Shown in pieces: positions 18,441 to 28,100 of a stretch of 52,865 bases of DNA. The stretch covers positions 1-52,865 of the forward strand of contig CAJFQR010000001.1 of the NCBI GenBank assembly GCA_904419105.1, in the 5' to 3' direction. Numbering within the stretch: the first letter of the stretch is position 1; each line of letters starts with the position of its first letter. The position numbers and the translations under genes were made by a program. The notes under the pieces are model-generated. The model had not been told where the DNA came from and did no database searches. It saw nothing but the letters and a program-made list of their open reading frames with translations. The DNA comes from Candidatus Avimicrobium faecavium. GTDB lineage: Bacteria > Bacillota > Clostridia > Oscillospirales > Ruminococcaceae.

Positions 18441-18500
18441 GGCAGACAGGTGTCTACCTTTCTGCTTTCAGCATACCACTTTGGTAGACAGATGTCAACC
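18441..18500 (-). promoter_or_regulatory. Promoter of the blaI-M56 operon with two palindromic operators
   Basis: Minus strand TTGACA-N17-TATGCT; boxes GGCAGACAGGTGTCTACC (18441-18458) and GGTAGACAGATGTCAACC (18483-18500), the latter overlapping -35. Confidence 0.8.
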
Positions 18501-18511
18501 TGTTTTTGCCG

Positions 18512-18539
18512 AAAAAAACCGGCCCGAGCACCGGACCGG
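18512..18539 (-). terminator. Intrinsic terminator after the DUF401-like gene
   Basis: Minus strand CCGGTCCG-gtgct-CGGGCCGG followed by T7. Confidence 0.65.
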
Positions 18540-18585
18540 TCATTTTCTCTGGAAAGAAGCCCGCGCAGAGGGCGGTGCGGCTGCC

Positions 18586-19818
18586 TTAGAGGCCGACAGC
18601 CTGCAGGATGAAGTAGTAGCCGAACACCAGCGCCGCGGCCACGATGACCAGCGGGACGCTCTTGACGATCAGCGAGCCCAGCGGGACCTTGTAGTCCTCG
18701 GCGCAGAGGGTCAGGCAGATGTGGGTCGGGTTGACCTGCATGACGACATAGGACATACTCATGCACAGCAGGAACAGCGAGAAGAAGGATCCGTCCCCGA
18801 CCGAGGCCAGAGCCATCGGAACGCCCAGGACCACGATGGTCTGAGTACCGCCGACCAGGGTGCCGACGGCGAAGATCAGCGCCCAGACCATAAAGCTGGG
18901 GATGGGCAGCTTGGACAGGTAGGTGGGCAGCAGCTCAACCACACCGGTGGCACGCAGCAGGTTGCCGAAGATCATAACGGCGAGGGTGTTGAGCATCAGC
19001 TTTCCCTCAAAGGCTGTGCGGAAGAAGGGCACAATCTCGGCGGCGGTGAACTTGTTGATAAAGAACTCCAGCACGATGCACAGCAGAACCGCCGCCCAAA
19101 CCGGAGCATTGAGCACCAGCACGATGGCAATGGACAGGAAGATGGGCCAGATGCTCTTGACCAGCAGCTTGGCGTAGTAGCTCTTGGGCTGCTCGCTCTT
19201 GAGACCGGTATCCTTGGGGATGCGGCGCAGGTAGATCACATAACCGGAGATGTACAGGCAGATGACAACCGGCAGCATACCGATGACGAAGGTAGCCGGG
19301 GTGACCGCACCAGCGGTAAGGGTGATGGCGATCAGGATGTTGCCGTAGGTGGGCATAAAGGCCTCGGAGATATGCCGGAAGTAGGTGGTGACGGCAGCGG
19401 TCTCCGGGACGGAGAGGGAATCACCCACCGCATCGCGGACGATGGGTCCGCAGATCAGCACGGTGGAAGCCGCCGGCAGGCAGCCCAGCATAAAGGGCAC
19501 CACCGAGGCGTTGATGCGCCGGTTGTTGAACAGGCCGTCCATCGCCGTCTGGCAGCCGGCCAGCTGGTGGCGGCTCTCCATCATACGCTGCAGATAGGTG
19601 ATGCAGTACAGCACCGCCAGGGCATTCAGGGTGTTGTAGCCGATGGCGCCCTCCTTGATGGCCGGCAGCATGACATCCATCGGCGGCTGATACAGCACGA
19701 TGACGATCACGCTGGCAATGGACATAACCAGGTTCAGCGGGCGCTTGAAGGCCAGCAGCGCGATGATGATGGCGAAGACAACCCCCAGCTTGATCAGTGA
19801 CAAGATTTCGGGATTCAA
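18586..19818 (-). CDS. DUF401-like integral membrane transporter
   Basis: Multi-TM; PFMLGCLPAA, YFRHISE and PTHICL motifs; probable TTG start after GGAGG. Confidence 0.75.
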   Translation of the reverse strand: MNPEILSLIKLGVVFAIIIALLAFKRPLNLVMSIASVIVIVLYQPPMDVMLPAIKEGAIGYNTLNALAVLYCITYLQRMMESRHQLAGCQTAMDGLFNNRRINASVVPFMLGCLPAASTVLICGPIVRDAVGDSLSVPETAAVTTYFRHISEAFMPTYGNILIAITLTAGAVTPATFVIGMLPVVICLYISGYVIYLRRIPKDTGLKSEQPKSYYAKLLVKSIWPIFLSIAIVLVLNAPVWAAVLLCIVLEFFINKFTAAEIVPFFRTAFEGKLMLNTLAVMIFGNLLRATGVVELLPTYLSKLPIPSFMVWALIFAVGTLVGGTQTIVVLGVPMALASVGDGSFFSLFLLCMSMSYVVMQVNPTHICLTLCAEDYKVPLGSLIVKSVPLVIVAAALVFGYYFILQAVGL

Positions 19819-19968
19819 GAACTTCTTCCTCCTTCGGAACTTCTGCCCGCTCCGCCGGGCAGGATGTTTCGTACTAACAGTATGGCGTGCACAGGGCCGC
19901 GGAGCCTTGGCCAGAGCAGCCGCCGTCACTGCGCATTCCGGCGATTGCATACCTGTTCACTGGGTTTA

Positions 19969-19997
19969 ATTTTAGCATCGAAACCGTCCTTTGTAAA
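19969..19997 (-). promoter_or_regulatory. SigA-type promoter of the DUF401-like gene
   Basis: TTTACA-N17-TAAAAT. Confidence 0.6.
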
Positions 19998-20166
19998 TCC
20001 ATTTTTTCAGGAAAAGTTCACATTTCGGCAATTTTTTCGTCGATTTGGCGGTGAAACCACAGCACCCGGTGAGAAAGTACAAAACTCCTACCGGTTTTTT
20101 GTATGCTTTGCGAAGAGCACGGGCCGCCCCATCGGGAAAAATTCCCATCCGCCTTTTTCCGCGCAC

Positions 20167-21306
20167 TCAATCTCTGTGTTTTCCTCTCGCTGCCGCCATG
20201 GCCAGGCGTGTCACCTGTTCCGCCGTCCGGGCCAGCTCCTGCCGCGCCCGTGCCGGGTCCAGCGCTGTCTCCAGGCTTACCGGGCCGCTCTGGATCCCGA
20301 ATACCCCGTCAAATCCGGCTCCGGCCTCCGGGCTTACGCTGCCGCCCAGCGCCACCGCCGGCACGCCCAGCGCCCGGGCGGCGGCTGCGGCTCCGCCGGG
20401 AGCCTTGCCCATCGCCGTCTGCCGGTCGATGCGCCCTTCCCCGGTGAAGAACAGGTCGCACCCCGCCGCCGCCTCCCGGAAGCCCGTCTCCCGGAGCACC
20501 AGCTCCACCCCGGACCGGAGCTCTGCCCCAAGCCCGGCCATCAGCCCGAACCCGAGCCCCCCGGCAGCCCCGGCCCCGGGGGCCAGCGGGTCTCCCCGGC
20601 CGAGGTCCCGGCAGGCGATCCGCCCAAACCGCTCCAGCGCAGCGTCCAGCACCGGGATATCCGCCGGCCGGGCGCCCTTCTGCGGACCGTAGACAGCGGC
20701 GGCGCCGTTCGGCCCGCAGAGGGGATTTTCCACGTCGCAGGCCACCAGGAACCGGCAGTCCCGCAGCTCCGGCAGGGCGCCGGAGGGGTCGATGCGTGCA
20801 AGCTCCGCCAGGCCGGCGGCCCCGGGGGCGATCTCGCTGCCGGCCTGGTTCAGCAGCCGGAACCCGAGGGCTGCCAGCAGTCCGGCGCCGCCGTCATTTG
20901 TGGCAGAGCCCCCGATCCCGATGAGGAACTCCCGGCAGCCGGCGGCGATGGCGTCGGCGATCAGCTCCCCGACGCCGCAGGTGGTGGCGGCAAACGGGTC
21001 CCGCTTTTCGGCGGGGACCAGCGGCAGCCCGGCTGCGGCGGCCATCTCCAGCACGGCGGTACCGCTCGCCCGGCGGATGCCGTACACCGCCTCCACCCTC
21101 TCTCCGAGGGGCCCGGTGACGGTGCAGACCCGGCGCTCCTCCGGGGCACAGAGGGCGGCCACGGTCCCCTCTCCGCCGTCCGCCAGCGGCAGCAGGGTGA
21201 TGGCCGCCTTCGGGCAGGCGGCCAAAACCCCGTCCCGTACCGCCTCCCCGGCCTCCCGGGACCCGAGGCATCCTTTGAAGGAATCCATCGCAATGAGCAC
21301 TTTCAT
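20167..21306 (-). CDS. glxK: Glycerate kinase (GlxK/GarK family)
   Basis: DSFKG, PLADGGEGT, GIGGSATNDGG, GAGAAGG and TGEG..D.QT..GK motifs. Confidence 0.92.
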   Translation of the reverse strand: MKVLIAMDSFKGCLGSREAGEAVRDGVLAACPKAAITLLPLADGGEGTVAALCAPEERRVCTVTGPLGERVEAVYGIRRASGTAVLEMAAAAGLPLVPAEKRDPFAATTCGVGELIADAIAAGCREFLIGIGGSATNDGGAGLLAALGFRLLNQAGSEIAPGAAGLAELARIDPSGALPELRDCRFLVACDVENPLCGPNGAAAVYGPQKGARPADIPVLDAALERFGRIACRDLGRGDPLAPGAGAAGGLGFGLMAGLGAELRSGVELVLRETGFREAAAGCDLFFTGEGRIDRQTAMGKAPGGAAAAARALGVPAVALGGSVSPEAGAGFDGVFGIQSGPVSLETALDPARARQELARTAEQVTRLAMAAARGKHRD

Positions 21307-21343
21307 AGACAAACCCTCTCCCCTCTTTTCGCTGTCAGACAGC

Positions 21344-21371
21344 AAAAACTCCCCGTTGACCGGGGAGTTTT
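21344..21371. terminator. Hairpin/terminator after the glutaredoxin-like gene
   Basis: AAAACTCCCCG-ttgac-CGGGGAGTTTT. Confidence 0.65.
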
Positions 21372-21392
21372 CCCGCCGATGGGCGGTGGTAT

Positions 21393-21680
21393 TTACCGCG
21401 TGAACTCCATACGCTCGTCGATGCCCAGGTCGGCCAGCACCTTGTTCACATCGCGGGTGAAGGTGCCGTCCTCCAGCTCCACCAGCGGGAAGCCGATGCC
21501 GCCGCTGCCCCGTACCCCGTCAAACAGCGGGCTGGTGTCCCGGAAGGTGACGAACTCCTTGAGCAGGTTGATCGATCCGGTTACGTTGACGAAGGTGGGC
21601 ATCACCCCGTGGGATGTCAGGATCGAGAGGAATCGTAGTGTTCCCGGACATACATTGCTTCCATAGACTTTGATCGCCAT
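21393..21680 (-). CDS. Glutaredoxin-like small protein with a CPGT motif
   Basis: IKVYGSNVCPGT...LKEFVTFRD...GIGFP; AAGGAGG RBS; TTGACG-N17-TATAAT promoter at 21746-21774. Confidence 0.75.
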   Translation of the reverse strand: MAIKVYGSNVCPGTLRFLSILTSHGVMPTFVNVTGSINLLKEFVTFRDTSPLFDGVRGSGGIGFPLVELEDGTFTRDVNKVLADLGIDERMEFTR

Positions 21681-22162
21681 AATTGGGTACCTCCTTGTGG
21701 GTTTCACGGTGGATTTTCTGCCCCGGTGCCGGGGCTCCTGTTTCTATTATAGGCCCCGGTCCGGCTGCCGTCAACCGTCCCTGCATTATAATAGTATCCC
21801 GGCGGCGGAGGGCGGCTTTCCACCCTGCTGGAAAGGCAGGAAACAATGGGTAGGGGTGTCGGCCTGGTTGAGACAGGATTTGACACAAAATACAGTCACT
21901 TCATCGGAAAAAAGCGCTGCGATTTTGTGCAGATTGCGCTAATTTATTGCGAATTTGTTAATTCTATTGAAATTTCCTGTGACCTGTGCTAAAGTTAAGG
22001 CAAATAGAATAATTTGCGTGAAAAGTATGATGAAGATTTGTCAAATTTGACAGTAGGAGGCAAGCAAAAACAGAATCTTCACGCATACGGCCGGCCGCTT
22101 TGGGTGTCGGGCCCAGTCGGGGGCGGCAGGCAGAGGTGTTTCATGCAGAAGGGAAGGTTTGT

Positions 22163-25100
22163 ATGCATCGTTTCAAGCGAGTGCTGTCAATTCTGCTTGC
22201 CAGTTTGACGGTTTTTTCTTCGACCCATGTTGTAGCACTGGCAGAAGGAATCGACCAGCTCCGCACCGATTTGATCGCGGCGGAGACGGGCGGTTCTGTT
22301 GTGCTGTCTGAAAATATGGAGGAGGTGGAGCCCGGAGACACCGAGGCGGATACCAGCTCCACACCGGAGACGGATACCGGGACGGGCACCGGCTCCACTC
22401 CGGAGACGGATACCGAGACGGACACCAGTTCCGTCCCGGAGACGGCTACCGAGGCGGGCACCGGCTCCGCTCCGGAGACGGATACCGAGACGGACGCCAG
22501 CTCCGCTCCTGATGAAATCACAGGGGATCCTAATGGAGAGAATAACTTGGATACCCCTTCTGAAGAACCGGAATCCAGTTCCTCCGGCGGTGCTGGTGAC
22601 TTGGGCGATGAACCTACCGTTGGAGATTCCCAGGGGGAAGAGGAAAACGAGGCGCCCTGCCTTGTTATCCGCTGGATGGAGGAAAACGGCGGCATCCGCC
22701 TGACCGCTGTTCTGGAGCGTCCTGAGGAAGACACTGCGGCGGAGGTGGTGATCCGTCTGGATGCAGAGGAGGCGTCCGCCCTTCAGCAGCCGCTGCCGGA
22801 ATCCATCGCTTTTCAGGCGCTGGAAGAGGGAGCGGAGCTTCGCTTTTCCCTTTCCACAGAATCGCCGGAGCTGTCGGAGAAGCTTTCTTTTGTTGGCTCG
22901 GCGCCGGATTTAATCATCGCAGTTGCCGAGGAGGACATCTCGGTCAGCTTTACGGGAGTGGGAAGCGATCTGGCAGAATATACCTTTGAAAGCGAAGAGT
23001 TGTCGCTGTCGGTGGATGGCACTTGTGACTGGACAGTGGACGCCGAAGCCGAGGAAGAGGAGATCCTGTGGGGAAGCGAAGAAGCCGAGGATATGCGCTT
23101 CCTTGTAACGCTGGCTCCCGCCGGGGAGGAAGAACAGCTTCCCACTGAGCGGCAGATGGCAGAATTTACGATCATGCTGCCCGAGCCTTTCGCTTTTTTG
23201 GACGGCAGCACGGCCTATGACGAAAACACTCATCAGATTACCCTGGATGGTTCTCCGGCGGTAACGTTGGAGGGCCTTAGGGAGGAATGCGTTCTTTCCG
23301 ATTTCTCTCTGGAAGGAGCGGAGCTTTCCTTTATGCTGGAACGGACGGCGGCAGACGAACCGCTCTCTCCGCTGGAGCTTGCCATTACGGTACATAGCGG
23401 CGCAGTCGCGGTGGAGCGGCAGGAGACTCCTGCTCTGCTGAACCTTTTTGCAAATGAGGAAGAAACAGCGAATATCCTTGAAGAAGAGGAAGAAACCTTC
23501 CAGGTAGTACTGGAGGTACGTCTGACTTCGTTTCCCTATGCCGGAGAGGATTATGCTGGTGAGACGACCGTGACCGCCAGCCTTTCCCTGCGCAGCGGTG
23601 CTTTTATCCGGCAGGATAGATATATGGACGCCATGAGCGGATCAATCTTCTGGTGCGACGGTTATGAGCGGGAGTTCCGCCCGAATAGCTACACGCCCAT
23701 ACTGGAATTTGTGGAATGTGATGAGGATGACAATCCGATAGGGGAATGGGCCGTTCCCACCGAGGAACAGCTGGCGGCCATGGATATGGAAGAACTTCCC
23801 GAGGTTTCTGCAAATAAGACCGCCAATCCTTGGACCTGGTCGGTTTCTGCCGGTACGCTGCCTACCCAGGTGACAACAGGCGATATCTTTGGGGACTTAG
23901 AGGTCCGCTATTACCAGTGGCGGGTGCGCCCGGTTGAAGCAGTAGATCATTACATGCTCCGGGAAGTGACCAAGGAGGATATCAAAAACCAAACAATCAC
24001 CACTGTTGATCAAGCTGGCTGGTACTATATGCTGGTGGACGACTACCAGTTTGATATCACCCTGCGCTGGGGCACCCGTAGAGAAGAAGGAGGCCTGCTC
24101 GGCATTCGCAACGCCATTCAGGAGGGCTTGGATCTGCATGTTGCTATAAGTGGAAAAGAGCCACAAAGTTATCGCCTGTCCGAAATACAGGATGATGACC
24201 AGGTAAGCTTGACGCCCGATGAAGGGGAAAACCCCAATCACGGCGTTTTTACCATTCAGAACATTCCCAAATACAACATCGACAATACCCTTATCATTTA
24301 TACGGTGGAGCCTAAGGAAGACGGCGACGGAATCATTGATTCTGAAGAGCTTGAGAGTCTTGCGGAGGATGAATGGTATGCCATCACCTATGACAATACC
24401 GGCACCTCCTATGATGGCGTGACCGACAAGGTTCACGACGGCGGCCATATCTATCTGACTTTGACGGGAGAAACCAGCTTTTCCGCCAATAAGGTCTGGC
24501 TGGACGGCGGCGATTCGTCAAATCGGCCGGACGGCGTCTTCCAGCTCTGGCGCTACCGGGCAGGCCAGTCCTATACCAGCGCCGCCGCGGTGCGTGATGC
24601 GAACGGAACGATTTTGGAAATATCACTCTCCACAAAGAAAAATGAGCAGACGATCGAGTTCAGCGCCGATCTAGATGGGGACGGCAAGAAGGGAGACCAC
24701 CTGCCCAAGTACGATTCCGAGGGCTACCGCTACATCTATGTGGTGCGGGAGTATTTGGAGGGCGAGCATGCCGGCAACTACGAGCAGGTGTTCGCGGTGG
24801 TGGAACAGAACGAAAATACTGGCTCGGTCACCTATACCGATATGCTGCCGGATGCGGAAACCGGGGAGATAAAACAGGAAAAGCGCACTACCGATGACCG
24901 CGAGACCGATGACACCTATGTCTATAATGGCGGTACCATCTCCAACCGGCGGCGGGGTACCACAACCGCCACTGCCAGCAAGACCTGGAGGGCTGCGGCT
25001 TTTCAGTCAGAGCTGGATGGGGTAAAGGTGGAGTTTTCTCTGGAGTCCCGGCCGACGGGGGAATATTCTGACCCTGAAGTGGGCTGGATCCCTGTTGCAG

Positions 25101-28100
25101 ACGAGAGCGGGACCCCGGTTACTATTGAGATGGAGGGATTTACTGCCGAAGACCTGGCCGAGCGCAGCGAAACGGTGAGCATCTCCAAATACGGCCCCCT
25201 CGGCCGGGAACTGGAGTACCGCTGGGTGGAGTCGGGCGTTTATCAAAAGGACGAAAACGAACAGTACGGCGAGAATCTTCTTTTGGAGGACGGCTCCTTC
25301 ACCCTCCAGCAAGACGGACGGGAGATCCGCTATCGTTCCGAGCTGGTTGTCCAGGAAGAGGACGGCAGCTGGATCACCCGGTTGGAAAACACCATCTCCA
25401 ATACCATCAACTACCATGTGGAGAAACAGTGGCGCGATATGGAGCCGGAGAAAGAGATCACTCTCCAGCTCTATTTGATCGGTCCCGATGGGCAGATCAA
25501 GCATCCAAACAGCGGTGAAGAGAAGCCGATCTGCGAATTCAAACTGGACGGAAAGCCGGATGCGGAACCGATGCCGGTGATTATCGATGGCTTTGGCTCT
25601 TTCACCGTCCAAGAGGGGGAGCAGGGCGATGCCACAGAGGAGGAGCTTCGGGCAGTATGGACGGCGGATCTGAGCGGTCTGCCCCAATACGACAGCGAAG
25701 GCCGTTCCTATGAATATGTGCTGCTGGAAAAGACAGGCGGTTCCAGTTTTCCGGAGTATGTTACCACCCGGGATGAGGAGGGCAACTATACCACCATTGT
25801 GATCAACGGTCCTGGCGAGGGCAACCAGATCCTGGTGCGCAAAGCCTGGATCGACGACGGCGATGATCTGCATCGCGAGGCCGTGACTATCGGCGTCTAC
25901 CATAAAACTAAAAAGAACCCCGAAACGGACAATCTTCTGAAGATCACAGAAACCACCCTGCGGGATGGTGTCTGGCTGGTGGAGGTCGGCATCGGAAATT
26001 ACAGCCCTGATGATGTTTTCCTGGTGGAAGAAAAAATTGGTGAAAAGGAAATAGACTTTACAGGAAGATTGGAAAATTGTGGACAGCAGGGTGAGCCTCA
26101 TCAATACGCCGAGGGGTTCTATCACTCCTATGAGGTGACCTATTCGGATGGGGAGGAGCTGGCGGGTATGACCTGCTACACTGTCACCAACCGAAGGCTG
26201 GGCAACATCGACATCACTGTGACCAAGCACTGGAACGATGGCGAGGACTATGGTCAGCGCATCCAAGAGGCGCTGCATCAAATTCCTGAAGATGAGCAGC
26301 CACGGCTGGTGCTGGAGCTCCAGTTTGACAATCCGCTGGAGGGCTATGAAATCCGCCCCAGCGAAGAGAACGACTATTACGAAATTACCCTGGGCAGCGA
26401 CGCCATCCCTATCCGGGATAACGGGGGCATCCCCAACGCGGAAAATGGCGGTATACCCTCCACAGCCTGGCGGAAGCTGAATTTTAATGTACAAGATAAG
26501 AAGTATTATTTCTCCTATCTGCCCAAATACGATCTGGAGGGCCGCGTGGCCCACTATACTGTGGTGGAACACTGGGTGGATCAGAACGGAGAAGAGGTCA
26601 ACTTGGCAGATCTGGCGGCAAAGCACAGTGACAGTGATGCCTGGCAGGAGCTGCTGGATGTCTGGGACGAGTATGCCACTACCATCAGAGAAACGAAATA
26701 TACAGTAACCGAGCTTCACGATCGGGACTCCCAGGAAATCCTGGTCACCAACTACCGTACCGGTTCCAAGACGGTATATTGGGAGAAGCTGTGGCGGGAT
26801 ACCTATGCCTATGAGAACGGGCAGCGGCCCGACCTCTATCTGGATCTCTACCAGCTTACCAATAATCCCGATGAAGAAGAGCCGCTCACCCTCTACCGCT
26901 CCAACTACCGCTGGAGGCCGAAGCAGCCCCAGGAGGGCAGCGACCCCGGCGATGAATACGATGAGAGATGGCATTGGTTTGCGGAGTTTACTGGCCTGCC
27001 CCAGTATGACGACGAGGGTTATGAATACATCTACTATGCCATCGAGCACACAATGGTGGATGCCGGCGAGTTCGATTATGCCTATGCCCGCTATCTTGTG
27101 CCAGGAGAAACTGAAGACCTGGTCGAGATCGGCACGGTAAACGGATCTCAGGATGGAAGCAAAGTAGAAGTAAAAGATTGGATGTACAAGATCCCTGAAG
27201 GTGTTGCCAATGACCCGGAGGATACCGGCAAATACCTGTTGCGGGAGGGCGGAACCTTCCTCAATGGGCTGGTGGGAACGGCCCAGATCCAGGGCGACAA
27301 GCTCTGGACCGGTCTGCCTGCCGGATATGACCGGGAAAACGATCTGCCCGTTGTTACCTTTACAGTAGAGCAATCTCTGGATGGGGAGGTAATAGACCGC
27401 GATATCGCCACCCTCACTATCAAATCCGAGGATTGGGCAGACCTGCAGTCTGCCGGGCGGTACCGGTTTACTATCCAATACCAGGGGGCCAATACGGTCC
27501 ATAATATTGATGGGGATGGAATGATTTCCTTCCACCCGGAAGGGACTTCGGACACTTGGTCTCCTTTGCCCAAATACAATGAGTATGGGCGACTCTATAC
27601 CTATGCCCTCAGCGAGGAGGTCATCTTTGCCGAAGAGGATGGTAAAACTTTGCCCGAAGGCGAGGTAGTATTTGAAACGGAGGGGAACACCTTCTCCTTC
27701 ACCAACCAGTATACAACAGACGAAAACCGCGCCGAAGTCGCGGTACAGAAGCATCTCTACCTGCCGACAGATGAGGGCAGAAACTATGTCTTCCCGGCGG
27801 TCACCTTCCAGCTCAGCCGGACCTATGTGAAAAATGATGGGAGCCCGTCTGATTCGGAAATCGTGAGTACCATTACATGGAGCTCCAGCGATATTAAGGC
27901 GGCTTGGGATGGGCTGACCGATGAGCAGAAGAAGGGCGGCTATGTTACCGGCGTGCGCAACTTTGGCGCGCAGGAGATCTACGCCCCCAACGGCAACATC
28001 TACACCTATACCATTACCGAGGTGAAAGACAACCTGGCCGGCTTTGATACCTGGGCTGCGGCGGGGGATCTCACCGCGGAAGAAGTGATGGGCAATTACG

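Noticed and set aside
22330-22510. 36-bp repeats as a CRISPR array
   Set aside because: Contiguous, degenerate and in-frame, with no spacers and no cas genes in the window
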